DNA of 64,000 bases from a virus. Lineage: Duplodnaviria; Heunggongvirae; Uroviricota; Caudoviricetes. Made by a program: the position numbers and the translations under genes. The notes under the pieces are model-generated. The model saw only the letters and a list, made by a program, of their open reading frames with translations. It did not search any database and was not told the DNA's origin. Shown in pieces: positions 9,019-18,426 of this stretch (position 1 is its first letter; the number at the start of each line of letters is the position of its first letter). The stretch lies in the IMG/VR virus record IMGVR_UViG_3300037312_000757; one strand, written 5' to 3'.

Positions 9019-9807
9019 TTATCGTTTCACCGCAACGGGGTCGGTGACATTCAGCAGACCTTCCAGTACGTCGCCGGTGTTGTTTTCGATTGCCGCTTGC
9101 GGCTGCACTTGCTTCATCTCGACGTCGATCACATCGTCGCCGACAGTGCTGTAGTCCAGTGCGATTGCGTTGTCGAGATCGGAGATCACGTCGTTCATCG
9201 CACTACGCACAGCATTGAGCGCTGTCTGTTGCTTGATGAACTCGATCGGGTCAGGCTGCTCGAACTTCTGCATGGCACTGTTAGCTGCTGCTGCCGCAAG
9301 GGCCATGTTCCATTCGGCTTCCGTTTCCTCGATCTTGTCGGAAAACTCGTCGAGCTTCTTCTTGCCCTTCTGCAGTCCGCTCAACTGCTTTTGCAAGACG
9401 TAGCGCATCTTCGCCAGCTGCTTCTGATACTGCGGCGCTTTCGCCGGATACTTGGTTGAGAATTCTTCGACCTTGTCGGCATAGTTCTGCGTTTCCGTGT
9501 TGAACGCTTTCACTGCAATCGCACGTTCTTCCAGCGCCTTCTTCTGCGCGATCCACTGATTTTGTAGTGTCTCGATAGGATTCTTGGCCGCTTCATGCTT
9601 GACTGCCTTTAGCCCCAAGTTCTTGAACTTCATCTCCACCCAAGGAGCGAAATTCACGATGGCCAAGCCGCCCACGATTGCAACACCAAGAGCAACCACG
9701 CCCTGAGCGGCGAGGACGATCACCGGCTCCAGAACTGCAATGGCACCGATCGCAAGGCCAAACTTGAGGGCAGTAGCAAGCTTAGTAGGTTTCGGATCTG
9801 CCACCAT
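9019..9807 (-). CDS. membrane-anchored coiled-coil protein
   Basis: Two N-terminal TM helices then a long heptad-like region. RBS GAGGAGG. Confidence 0.6.
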   Translation of the reverse strand: MVADPKPTKLATALKFGLAIGAIAVLEPVIVLAAQGVVALGVAIVGGLAIVNFAPWVEMKFKNLGLKAVKHEAAKNPIETLQNQWIAQKKALEERAIAVKAFNTETQNYADKVEEFSTKYPAKAPQYQKQLAKMRYVLQKQLSGLQKGKKKLDEFSDKIEETEAEWNMALAAAAANSAMQKFEQPDPIEFIKQQTALNAVRSAMNDVISDLDNAIALDYSTVGDDVIDVEMKQVQPQAAIENNTGDVLEGLLNVTDPVAVKR

Positions 9808-9929
9808 TGCCTCCTCTAAAATTGGTTAAACATTCAACAAGCCGCATTGTACACCTAAGTAGCCACTTGCAAAGACTGGCTGTTCATTTGTTGTTGCCAC
9901 GCTACAAATGAATCTTCACTTGACTTATG

Positions 9930-10571
9930 TTATGCCAACAGTGGCAACATTTCCTTGAACGTAGCTTTCACTCGGGAAAGGCTGCCGCTCTTCAGCGCTA
10001 TTGTAAAGCCAAGCTCAGTTTTGGCGTTCGACACCAAGCCATGTTCGCTGAACAGCTCTGCTTTCAGTTTCGCATTCTTTGCATCAAGAGCAGCTTGACG
10101 AACAGCCTTCGCTTGAGCTGCCCGTTCTTCCTTCAAAATAGTCTGTTCGAGATTATGAATAACGCTCTTCTCAAACTTCTCAAACGCATATGTGATGTCG
10201 CCATCGACAGTTGCCTTTGTAACCATAGTATGTGTGTTATAGTGATTGAACGAATAATTGTAGCGTTCGTAATGCTTCTCACCACGATAGCCAACACGCG
10301 TCGATTGCAGCATGATTTGATTGTTATTTGATTCCGTAATCTCCATCACCACATTGATCGTCTTGTCGTTGTGCTTAATGATGAATCGGAACGAACATTC
10401 CGCATGATTAGCCCATTTAGAATCTGGTTGAGAAAGTCTGAATGAACCATTAGGACGGATCACCGCTAACTTGCTGGCAAACGTCTTCTGATTGTCGCTG
10501 AGCGGTTTTTCTGTATTAGCCAGAATAGCCTGAAGCAGGCTCTGTTCTGCTGAGGTCGAGTTTGTTGTCAT
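9930..10571 (-). CDS. hypothetical protein, paralog family D
   Basis: 213 aa. N-terminus (MTTNSTSAEQSLLQAILAN) and C-terminus (..MLPLLA) resemble genes at 11343 and 12070. AT-rich module. Confidence 0.6.
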   Translation of the reverse strand: MTTNSTSAEQSLLQAILANTEKPLSDNQKTFASKLAVIRPNGSFRLSQPDSKWANHAECSFRFIIKHNDKTINVVMEITESNNNQIMLQSTRVGYRGEKHYERYNYSFNHYNTHTMVTKATVDGDITYAFEKFEKSVIHNLEQTILKEERAAQAKAVRQAALDAKNAKLKAELFSEHGLVSNAKTELGFTIALKSGSLSRVKATFKEMLPLLA

Positions 10572-11329
10572 TGTTGTTCTCGTTTTGCGTATGGATCACC
10601 TTTCAGGAACACTGCCAACTTTGCAAAGTCTCGTTCGATTTCACGACGTGACTTATTGTTCCAGTAGCTATCCGACTCCTTGGCCATCTCGTATGCTTTT
10701 TCTGTCACATCATTGATTTCAAAACCATGATTGTTAATGATTTCCTGCATTGTTTTGATCTCACGCAGCTTTTTTCGTTCTTCGCTCTTGCGCTCTGATT
10801 CTTCTAGGCGCTCAGTGCGAATGATTTCTGCGGCCGTCTGCTGAGCACATTGCTTTAGCATCACTTCGGGGTTAAGATCAGAGGCATTGTCATATCGCAC
10901 AGCCACCATGGCGTTACCGTGATAGAAATGATCAGATGTGGAATTGAAGTGAATCTTACCACCCTTGAACCCCGCACGAATACAGCTAATGTTGAGCTCC
11001 TTAACGATCGTTATCACTGAACCACGTCCCCAATTTTCGTCATCTTCGTCATCATCCCAGTAATCGTCATACAGACATGTTTTGATGTCGATCAGAACGG
11101 TCGCGTTGATGATTTTGGTTTCTTTGGTTTTCTTGTCGTAGTATTCAAGCTTGGTAATGAATTCCGCCTGCATGAGTTCATCAGTATCGTAATCAGGCAC
11201 ATCATTGATACGAATTGTACCTTCTCGTTTCTCTGCGATTTGCTGCAGAACACGCTTCAGGTCGCCATTAACCGGGTGTTGAGCCGTTAGAACAGCGGTG
11301 AGCAACTCACCTTCAAGTTTCTTTCCCAT
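10568..11329 (-). CDS. hypothetical protein (acidic DDYWDDDEDDE tract)
   Basis: 253-aa ORF overlapping its neighbours by 4 nt. AT-rich module. Confidence 0.6.
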   Translation of the reverse strand: MGKKLEGELLTAVLTAQHPVNGDLKRVLQQIAEKREGTIRINDVPDYDTDELMQAEFITKLEYYDKKTKETKIINATVLIDIKTCLYDDYWDDDEDDENWGRGSVITIVKELNISCIRAGFKGGKIHFNSTSDHFYHGNAMVAVRYDNASDLNPEVMLKQCAQQTAAEIIRTERLEESERKSEERKKLREIKTMQEIINNHGFEINDVTEKAYEMAKESDSYWNNKSRREIERDFAKLAVFLKGDPYAKREQQ

Positions 11330-11342
11330 TTTCTTCTTGTTA

Positions 11343-12002
11343 TTATTTGATTAAGTCAATCAACCTGCAGAACAGTTCGCGTTGATCATCAACGGTACCG
11401 TCATGTTCGTAATCCGAAACTATTTGGAGAATGTTTCGCGTCTTCTCGGTGTCTTCGAGATTGAAATGCTTCAACCACGCTTTGTAGCGACGTTGCATGA
11501 TCTTCAAATACTCAATCTCACGTTCAGCTGCTTGATGTTCTTGGAACTTGATTTTGTTGTATAGATCGAAGACTTCTTTCTCGAACATCTCAAACATTTC
11601 TTGGATATCAGCTTTATCAAGGTGATCAATACAATCAATATAACTGGAGATTTCTTCGTGAATATATCGCCCGTTACTTTTTGGATTGTACTTCTTCGAA
11701 CCAATTTTGATATAGTCGAGTTCTATGCCTATATCAGCTTCGACAGTTCCGTCGCTGTTGGGATATTGCCACACATTAAGAACCGCATGAATAGCCATGC
11801 TAATTCCGTTGTGCTTGGCGAGATATCTCACATTGACGTTTTCGTATGAACCGTCCCAGTCAGGGTCGTCGATTGAAATAAGCTCAAACGTCGCATTGCG
11901 AAGTTTTATGACTCGATTGAGTGTGGGGTAAAGGTAAACGTTGCCTGGCTCTGGATTCGACAGAATCAGAGCCAGCAGAGCTGTTTCATACTTGGTTGCC
12001 AT
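11343..12002 (-). CDS. hypothetical protein, paralog family D
   Basis: 219 aa. MATKYETALLALILSNPEPGN N-terminus is family-like. Confidence 0.6.
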   Translation of the reverse strand: MATKYETALLALILSNPEPGNVYLYPTLNRVIKLRNATFELISIDDPDWDGSYENVNVRYLAKHNGISMAIHAVLNVWQYPNSDGTVEADIGIELDYIKIGSKKYNPKSNGRYIHEEISSYIDCIDHLDKADIQEMFEMFEKEVFDLYNKIKFQEHQAAEREIEYLKIMQRRYKAWLKHFNLEDTEKTRNILQIVSDYEHDGTVDDQRELFCRLIDLIK

Positions 12003-12069
12003 TTCTAGTTGTTATTAATAGGCGTTGTGACTAAAATTCTAGCACAACGGTGGCAACTAAGTGTGAACG

Positions 12070-12738
12070 TTACTTCAGAAGTGGTAAGAGCTTTTGAATT
12101 GCGGTGCTGATACGCGCCAACGTACCGAGTGGGGCCACTGCTTCGTATAATGCATCAAACGTTGTATTGGGTGCCGTGATGTTGAAAAGCTGGTAGACCT
12201 CGGATTTTACATCGTCGCGCTTTTCTTGCAATTCCGCACGTCGTTCAGCGGTCAGCTTTTCCCGCTCTTCCCTGCGAGTACGCTCTTCTTCTATACGGCT
12301 TGCGACAACCCGCAGTTCGTAGTCACGCAGTTCGACCATCAACAACCTGAGGGCTTCGTCGAATGTTCGTTCACCGTTGACGAAGTAATATTGTGCAAGT
12401 GTACGCCGATCATATGGCGCATAGATCTTCTCAGACACATATCCGTATTTGATGAGTCTGATTTCGAGCCGATCGCCATTTACATATGGAAGGACTTCCA
12501 TTTTAACACGTCGGCCAGCTTCGGTTTCTGCAAAATATGAAAAATGAACGATCGGATACTTGTCATTGTCCGAATCTTTGCCATTGACAATTGGGATGAA
12601 TCGACCGTTTGGATATTCTTCTGCAAACTTGCGATAGACCGCTTTCACGTCACCCCGAGTTCCAACATTCATGGTGTTGAAGAGATCAGGATAAGTGAGA
12701 ATCAGCTTGACGAATGATTGTTCGGCCTTGCTCGTCAT
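12070..12738 (-). CDS. hypothetical protein, paralog family D (coiled-coil C-terminus)
   Basis: 222 aa. MTSKAEQSFVKLILTYPDLFN ... IQKLLPLLK. Confidence 0.6.
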   Translation of the reverse strand: MTSKAEQSFVKLILTYPDLFNTMNVGTRGDVKAVYRKFAEEYPNGRFIPIVNGKDSDNDKYPIVHFSYFAETEAGRRVKMEVLPYVNGDRLEIRLIKYGYVSEKIYAPYDRRTLAQYYFVNGERTFDEALRLLMVELRDYELRVVASRIEEERTRREEREKLTAERRAELQEKRDDVKSEVYQLFNITAPNTTFDALYEAVAPLGTLARISTAIQKLLPLLK

Positions 12739-13406
12739 GCCGCAATTCCTTGTGCGTTGATACTGCGGTAAATTCGCATCTGAGTCGTCAACATGAATTT
12801 GATGTTCTCGTAGACTGGTTCTTGCTCAGGAAAGTTGCGCCGTGCAAGCTTCAGGAATGTGAAGAAGTGTTCTTCCGTTTCGTCGCAGTATTTCACCTGT
12901 TTCTCTAGCGTGAACACACCAGCCATGGTTCGCATGTTGTGGACACGATCACTGCCCTTCACCACAGACACGCGGTAATTATCGGACAGTGGGCCAAAAT
13001 ACGCGTCAGGTGTTTTCTTCTCACCACGGTATTCTTTAGCCAGCAGTCTACAGTCAGTAGCAACGATTTCATCAGTCACTTCACCAATTTCTTCGAAGCT
13101 GATCTGATCGCCGTAGTCTTCACCCAGGTCGTGCAGTAGGGCATCAGCAATGGTGCGAGGAGCGTCTGTCAGCAGCTTCTCCATGGTCAGGAGATACAAC
13201 GCGATTTCAATCTGGTGTTGGAACTCGGGCGTCTTGCCGTCCTTGCGGAAACCTGTGTGATACTTCAGACCGAGATCAAGAGCACGAACAGCAATGAACC
13301 AAGCAGGATCGAGTGATGCACGCCCCATCAGCTGATAACGAAGAGCCATCTTGAGCTTTTCGTAGTGCAGGATTTCGGGGGTTACGATCTTCTGCTCGCT
13401 TGCCAT
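12735..13406 (-). CDS. HD-domain phosphohydrolase, RelA/SpoT-like (p)ppGpp-hydrolase-like
   Basis: HQIEIALYLL ... ALLHDLGEDY matches the H..HD..ED signature of SpoT/Mesh1 hydrolase domains. Start at MASEQK (GGAG 9 nt upstream). Confidence 0.6.
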   Translation of the reverse strand: MASEQKIVTPEILHYEKLKMALRYQLMGRASLDPAWFIAVRALDLGLKYHTGFRKDGKTPEFQHQIEIALYLLTMEKLLTDAPRTIADALLHDLGEDYGDQISFEEIGEVTDEIVATDCRLLAKEYRGEKKTPDAYFGPLSDNYRVSVVKGSDRVHNMRTMAGVFTLEKQVKYCDETEEHFFTFLKLARRNFPEQEPVYENIKFMLTTQMRIYRSINAQGIAA

Positions 13407-13452
13407 AGCAGGCTCCAAGGTTAGATTAGGTATGGCTGATGATAGCTTCGCG

Positions 13453-13481
13453 GTTGCCAGTTTGCAAGCACATCTGGCAAC
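13453..13481. promoter_or_regulatory. GTTGCCAG-N13-CTGGCAAC palindromic operator in divergent promoter region
   Basis: Inverted 8-mers between the minus-strand HD-hydrolase gene and the plus-strand gene at 13509. Confidence 0.45.
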
Positions 13482-13508
13482 GTAAATATTGAACTAAAAG
13501 GAGATAAC

Positions 13509-14030
13509 ATGAAAGACCCGTTGCTTGGCTACCTAGAATATGAAGCCAAAATCAAGCCTGAGATTGCTGCGCTCGTCGCTCGAGTTGATGACATGACAGA
13601 TGAAGAGATTGATGCGGCGCAAACACCACTGCCGTGGTTCAAGATCGCGTTAAAACGTTTGCGCGATACTCGCCGTTACGAGAAGATGCGTGGTGAGATA
13701 CTTGATGGCATGCAAGATGGGTTTTCACCCGACCCGATGGGTTATGCCGCTGAATGGAATGGTGGTGAAGTGTTCGTTAAAACGTCAGCGAACATGCTTA
13801 TAGAAGTCACGGATCGCACCTTGCTGTGGTTCCCTGACGCTGGTGGTATGTGGGTCGAAAGTACATACTGCTCGACCGTGGATGCTCGTATGGCCAGTCT
13901 AAAGTCGATTGGTCGTATGACTAAGAGTGAATATATGGTGAAGTACAAAGAACAGTTGCAGAAGCGACACGGTGTTTACCAATCACCCGAATCACAATCG
14001 TCTTCACCCTTTAGAGTATACCGCCACTAA
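13509..14030 (+). CDS. hypothetical protein (plus-strand insert)
   Basis: 173 aa with strong RBS AAAGGAGATAAC. One of very few plus-strand genes in the minus block. Next to the GIY-YIG gene. Confidence 0.6.
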   Translation: MKDPLLGYLEYEAKIKPEIAALVARVDDMTDEEIDAAQTPLPWFKIALKRLRDTRRYEKMRGEILDGMQDGFSPDPMGYAAEWNGGEVFVKTSANMLIEVTDRTLLWFPDAGGMWVESTYCSTVDARMASLKSIGRMTKSEYMVKYKEQLQKRHGVYQSPESQSSSPFRVYRH

Positions 14031-14186
14031 TTCAGATAAAACCTTACGGTATTGGTTAATGCGTATTTGAACCACTTCAATACTCAGTATTTGTTCTGAT
14101 GTGAGCTGAGGAAATGCTGCTTTAGCATGGCTGATAATGTGTTTAATACGCATGCCGTTAATTTCTAAACGTTCTTCTGGTGTCAT
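14004..14186 (-). CDS. small ORF, possible detached C-terminal fragment of the GIY-YIG endonuclease
   Basis: 60 aa directly downstream of the GIY-YIG ORF. No RBS. Confidence 0.3.
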   Translation of the reverse strand: MTPEERLEINGMRIKHIISHAKAAFPQLTSEQILSIEVVQIRINQYRKVLSELVAVYSKG

Positions 14187-14191
14187 AGTTG

Positions 14192-14545
14192 TTATACTTT
14201 TAATGCATTCTTTTCGTTAAGAAATCGGCTTGACACTACTGCGTTAAACTTGGTAATCCAAAACTGTTCCCGGCGCTTTAGGTCTTCAGCATTAGCAACA
14301 TATTCGAGCACCACACGTTCAAACTGCGTGATACCATAATGTTCAAAGATGCGCTTGAAGAACTTGCCAGAACCTCGGTAATCGTCTGTGGCTTTACCCT
14401 TGTGTGAGCCAATGTAGAACTTGTCTTCTGGAATGCATCGCCACATGTAAACGAAGCCCGCATACTCTGCGGGCGCCGTTACATTCAACGCTTGGATGTC
14501 TTGCAGCAACGGATTTTTATGGGTGGTGGAAACAATGGTCTTCAT
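14192..14545 (-). CDS. GIY-YIG nuclease domain protein (homing-endonuclease-like)
   Basis: GFVYMW...FYIGSHKG...YRGSG...E matches the GIY-YIG catalytic core. Only 117 aa, with no DNA-binding domain in frame. Confidence 0.7.
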   Translation of the reverse strand: MKTIVSTTHKNPLLQDIQALNVTAPAEYAGFVYMWRCIPEDKFYIGSHKGKATDDYRGSGKFFKRIFEHYGITQFERVVLEYVANAEDLKRREQFWITKFNAVVSSRFLNEKNALKV

Positions 14546-14582
14546 TCAACCATGTTATAGTCACCACCTTTGGTCTGTCAAA

Positions 14583-14801
14583 TTACTCCGTTGACGCAAT
14601 ACCGTACACTACTGCCCCAGCGACGTACATCAAAGGCCCTAGCAGAATGCCATAAAAGCACCAGCGTATGTATGTCCACGGTTTACCACGTAATGTGATA
14701 GAGATCGTCATCGGCAACAGGTTGAGCCGAAAGTTGTAATACAGAAAGCTTGTGAGGCCAATCAAGCCCCACACAAGCAGAAAAACAGCAAGAGGATGCA
14801 T
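14583..14801 (-). CDS. small membrane protein
   Basis: 72 aa with two predicted TM helices. Confidence 0.5.
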   Translation of the reverse strand: MHPLAVFLLVWGLIGLTSFLYYNFRLNLLPMTISITLRGKPWTYIRWCFYGILLGPLMYVAGAVVYGIASTE

Positions 14802-14904
14802 CAGAAATTACTCGAATCAGTTTCTTTGTAACCACGGAACCATACCCAGCCACCTAATGCTCCCAATACAATCACAGCTAGGAGCATATAGTCGTTTGTG
14901 GTCA

Positions 14905-15132
14905 TCACTTCCAGCCCCTGAAAAAGGACATCAACATCGCAAAAAATACACCGTAAGCGAATGTCATTGGACCGAACGCAAGCATGAGAATCACCGAGTC
15001 CAAAAACTTGAAAGGGTGTTCTGTAACCATTTGGCCTGTTCCCTTCCAGTTAATACTGGAAATGAAAAGCATGCCAATTGCACCGAGAGCGAGCCAGCAG
15101 ACAACAACCGTAGAGAGAATAGTATGCAGCAC
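14905..15132 (-). CDS. small membrane protein
   Basis: Track ORF trimmed to a GTG (VLHTIL...) 6 nt after GGAG, directly downstream of an intrinsic terminator. Confidence 0.45.
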   Translation of the reverse strand: MLHTILSTVVVCWLALGAIGMLFISSINWKGTGQMVTEHPFKFLDSVILMLAFGPMTFAYGVFFAMLMSFFRGWK

Positions 15133-15153
15133 AATAGGCTCCAATGAAAAATG

Positions 15154-15170
15154 CCAGTCTAACAGACTGG
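15154..15170 (-). terminator. intrinsic terminator
   Basis: CCAGTCTgttAGACTGG plus CATTTTTC on the minus strand. Confidence 0.5.
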
Positions 15171-15197
15171 CAACCTTCTGCAACCTAATGTGGCAAC

Positions 15198-15557
15198 TTA
15201 CTGCCGACCGCTGAGGGGAACAGTTTCCTTGCCCATACGCGCACGGAGTGCATTCTTCTCTTCTGCAATCTCGATCAGCTGGCGCCAGTAATGCATGATT
15301 TTGGAGCGCACTTTCTGCATATGAAAGTCGTCGAGTGTGCCATTGCGCAGGGCCCACTGTGCAGCCATCGTCATGTACTTCGCATCGTTTGCACGGAAAC
15401 CGATCGTGTTGTGATGCTTGGTTTCCCGATTGCGCTGTTCATCTTCCGTTTGGCGCTGGTAAATGCAGATCAAAGCACGCACAACGGCCTTGTCGTTGTT
15501 CAGCAGCAGCGAGTGAATTTCAGCTTTCTTCGCGTTCAGTGCTTGCGTCTTGTTCAT
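15198..15557 (-). CDS. hypothetical protein
   Basis: Trimmed to Met11 (MNKTQAL) after CAGGAGAGC. Promoter repeat upstream. Confidence 0.6.
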   Translation of the reverse strand: MNKTQALNAKKAEIHSLLLNNDKAVVRALICIYQRQTEDEQRNRETKHHNTIGFRANDAKYMTMAAQWALRNGTLDDFHMQKVRSKIMHYWRQLIEIAEEKNALRARMGKETVPLSGRQ

Positions 15558-15633
15558 TGTGCTCTCCTGTGTGTCTACCATGTTCACAGTATGTGTTCAT
15601 TTGAACGCACAGTCAAGCACTAAATGAACATGG

Positions 15634-15906
15634 TTACTTCAACGGAGTGCCGTCACGCATTTTGACGGGTTCATACAGGTCCCAGCCCACGATGTAGATC
15701 GGAACGATGATAGTTTCGCACAGCAGAATACCGACGATAACACTGCCTGCCGACAGTTCGTAGATCACATTGGGGTCGCGTTTTGCTTCTTGGTTGGCAA
15801 GACCAAATGCTTCGTAGGTCGTACCGTTGATGCGTGTGTCCCGCGCACAGCCGCTGAGGAAAGCGGCCATAACTAGGACCATAAAGGCTGCAAGGATCTT
15901 TTTCAT
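15634..15906 (-). CDS. putative lipoprotein
   Basis: Signal peptide with lipobox (AAFLSGC) plus a C-terminal TM helix. No clear RBS. Confidence 0.55.
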   Translation of the reverse strand: MKKILAAFMVLVMAAFLSGCARDTRINGTTYEAFGLANQEAKRDPNVIYELSAGSVIVGILLCETIIVPIYIVGWDLYEPVKMRDGTPLK

Positions 15907-15972
15907 GTTTTGTTCTTATAGTGAATGGCAAGTTGCCAAACACTAAGATACGCCTTGCTGCCTACAAGTCAA

Positions 15973-16485
15973 TTATTTGAGACGAGAGATGGCTGCCCAT
16001 TCTGAGTTGCTGAACTCCACACGAGCGCCGTTGGCGAACTCGATCACGATGTCTTCTGCGTCGCAGCTGATTTGCAGCGAGTCATTGGCATCGTAGACTG
16101 TCAAAGCGCGACGCACAGTGTTGTCATGATCCAACTCTTCCTGATACACGGCAACAGCAATGTCGCCAAACACTTGCTGAACTGCTGGCAAAGAGTCATC
16201 GCGCTTGATAAATGCTTTCTTGAGCTGGCCGTGACGGAAGCCACCAACTTCAGCGATCTTCTTGCTCAGGCGTTCCCGACGAAGGTTGAGATAATATTCG
16301 CGACGCTTGCTGATTTCACCCCAGAGTTCATCATACACTGAGCTGCTGAGACCTTGATAGACAGTTAGTTCGAACAGCCGCTCACTGAGCTCCTGCACTT
16401 GCTTCTCGTTCATGAATTGAATATCGTGCATGACTTCGTCCATGCGCTTACCTTGAAACAGTTGCTGAGCGTAATGCAATTCCAT
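15973..16485 (-). CDS. hypothetical protein
   Basis: Trimmed to Met15 (MELHYAQ) after ATAGGAGAAG. Confidence 0.6.
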   Translation of the reverse strand: MELHYAQQLFQGKRMDEVMHDIQFMNEKQVQELSERLFELTVYQGLSSSVYDELWGEISKRREYYLNLRRERLSKKIAEVGGFRHGQLKKAFIKRDDSLPAVQQVFGDIAVAVYQEELDHDNTVRRALTVYDANDSLQISCDAEDIVIEFANGARVEFSNSEWAAISRLK

Positions 16486-16555
16486 GTGGCTTCTCCTATG
16501 AATTTGCCACATGATATGCTGGTTCAACTATTGAATCAAGCGCCAAATGGCAAAA

Positions 16556-16574
16556 GGCTCCCTTTTCGGGAGCC
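16556..16574 (-). terminator. intrinsic terminator
   Basis: GGCTCCCgaaaaGGGAGCC plus TTTTGCC on the minus strand. Confidence 0.55.
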
Positions 16575-16593
16575 AGACCACTGCAATAATCAA

Positions 16594-17178
16594 TTACTTG
16601 AAAACTGCTACTGATGCCTTTGTGTTCAGACCGACATTATTTTCAGAATGAACCATTTCGTTATCCTTGAACTGCGCAATGTTCAGAACAGTGTACATAC
16701 CTTTTGATGCATGAGTTTGGTCGTGGAATGCTTCATATGTTTCGCCAACTTTAGCACCAACACCACCACCCGCTGACACTACAAAGAGAATGCGATTGCG
16801 ACCATTCTCTTCTTTACCGCAAATATAAACAGTGCCGCTACCCCACTCTGAAATAGCTTCAGGCAACGTTACCACACGCTTGCCATACAGTTCCATAGTA
16901 GCTGGTAGAATGATCCAACCACGTGACATACGGTCCCAGCTTGCTTCATCAAGCTCGTCCATGTCGTCGTCAACTAGATCACTACGTGTGAGGTCAGCTA
17001 CGCTGAAGCTATGATCGCCATCAAACATACGCACGACTGCGAAATACTTCTTTGAGTCGAAACCAACGATCTCACCAACTTCACCTTGGCCAAAGACATT
17101 ACCAGTTACCTTGACTTCGTCACCAATGTTCAACTCGTCTGGGTTGTATGATTCAGAAATGATTTCAAAATATCGCAT
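16594..17178 (-). CDS. hypothetical protein
   Basis: 194 aa. RBS GGAGAT. Terminator hairpin downstream. Confidence 0.6.
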   Translation of the reverse strand: MRYFEIISESYNPDELNIGDEVKVTGNVFGQGEVGEIVGFDSKKYFAVVRMFDGDHSFSVADLTRSDLVDDDMDELDEASWDRMSRGWIILPATMELYGKRVVTLPEAISEWGSGTVYICGKEENGRNRILFVVSAGGGVGAKVGETYEAFHDQTHASKGMYTVLNIAQFKDNEMVHSENNVGLNTKASVAVFK

Positions 17179-17264
17179 AAAGATATCTCCTTGTGCGATT
17201 ATTTATGTTGGGATATAAAGATGGCTCCTACAGGAGCCAATGCGGAATTACTTCGGGAAGAGCA

Positions 17265-17888
17265 CTATTTCGACGTGACGTTGCGCTCTTCGTCACGTGC
17301 TACCATGTCCCACTTATAGTCAAACAGGTAGTTGTGGGCGTTGCCCTTGAGGTTGTAGATCTGATCTGATACGGATATCTTAACAAACGTGCGATACCCC
17401 GCCACAGCTCTTGTGGACGTGCGGTGAACTATTTGGTTATCAAGCCGCAGCAATGACTTAGGCGAATATGTGACGACGTTGCCTTCATCAGCTTGCGCAG
17501 ACATATCAAGCATCGACTGATGCTCGTCTTCGCTTATGTCAAACGTCTGGTTGCAAAACTCGGTGCTATTTTCCGGTGCGCCGTCATACCATATGTAATT
17601 CAGGTCATCAGTACCGAATCCATCGATATGCCATCCCGGACGATTACCCAGGTTTTCAGGAGTGACATAAAGGTGCTTGGCGGTGATGTAGATGTATGGA
17701 TCGAAGATGAACCTGGTCTCCGCAGCATCACACATCGCTCTGTTGATCAAGGGCTTGAAACACAACAGATTGTCTGGTATGCGAATACCCTTACCAGGGA
17801 TCTGAATAGGCAGATACTGCACAAACATCATCTCGGCTTCGTCGCACTCAATAATGCCCATATCCCGAGGAAGTCCACCAACAATCAT
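17265..17888 (-). CDS. hypothetical protein, possible 2OG-Fe(II)-oxygenase-like (HxD...H)
   Basis: 207 aa. WHIDGFGTDD ... IVHRTS could be an HxD/H facial triad. Weak call. Confidence 0.45.
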   Translation of the reverse strand: MIVGGLPRDMGIIECDEAEMMFVQYLPIQIPGKGIRIPDNLLCFKPLINRAMCDAAETRFIFDPYIYITAKHLYVTPENLGNRPGWHIDGFGTDDLNYIWYDGAPENSTEFCNQTFDISEDEHQSMLDMSAQADEGNVVTYSPKSLLRLDNQIVHRTSTRAVAGYRTFVKISVSDQIYNLKGNAHNYLFDYKWDMVARDEERNVTSK

Positions 17889-17952
17889 TTGTTCACCCCT
17901 TATTAGTTGCCATGTTCAAATGGTACAACCACCTGAACATGGTAGCAAGACC

Positions 17953-18159
17953 TCACTGAGGATTTACCTCCTTGCCAACTTCACGGTAAAACTTCTTCAT
18001 GACCTGCTCGACCGTCAGGTGCGAGAAATCCGGATACTCGAACCCAGGAAACATGGCGTTGAGCGCTGATGCAAACTCCGGGTCCTCGTCGTAAATCTCC
18101 GCCACAGTGAGGAACGGCAAGTAATCATCCACCACCTTCCAAGCTTCATGCAGTGTCAT
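17953..18159 (-). CDS. hypothetical protein
   Basis: Start at MTLHEAW after GGGGGAG. Degenerate promoter repeat upstream. Confidence 0.5.
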   Translation of the reverse strand: MTLHEAWKVVDDYLPFLTVAEIYDEDPEFASALNAMFPGFEYPDFSHLTVEQVMKKFYREVGKEVNPQ

Positions 18160-18171
18160 GATCACTCCCCC

Positions 18172-18426
18172 TTAATAAAGATGAACGTTGGAACACAAAA
18201 ATTCATCAACCGCTTCAAAACCATTGTCCTTCTCCGCCTGAGCAATCAACTCCTCAACTTCCTTACCAGGAGCACCCAGAAACATGGACAACCGGTTAGC
18301 ATCCAATACCATCTCGATGGCTTCATCGTTACCATCACACTCGTCTACGTCCGGAGCAATGGCCTGCCATACTTGCTGCATAGGACCACGTACCTTCTTG
18401 AGAAACTCCCCATCAAGCTTGATCAT
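18172..18426 (-). CDS. small acidic protein
   Basis: Trimmed to MIKLDGEF after GGAGAGG. Confidence 0.5.
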   Translation of the reverse strand: MIKLDGEFLKKVRGPMQQVWQAIAPDVDECDGNDEAIEMVLDANRLSMFLGAPGKEVEELIAQAEKDNGFEAVDEFLCSNVHLY

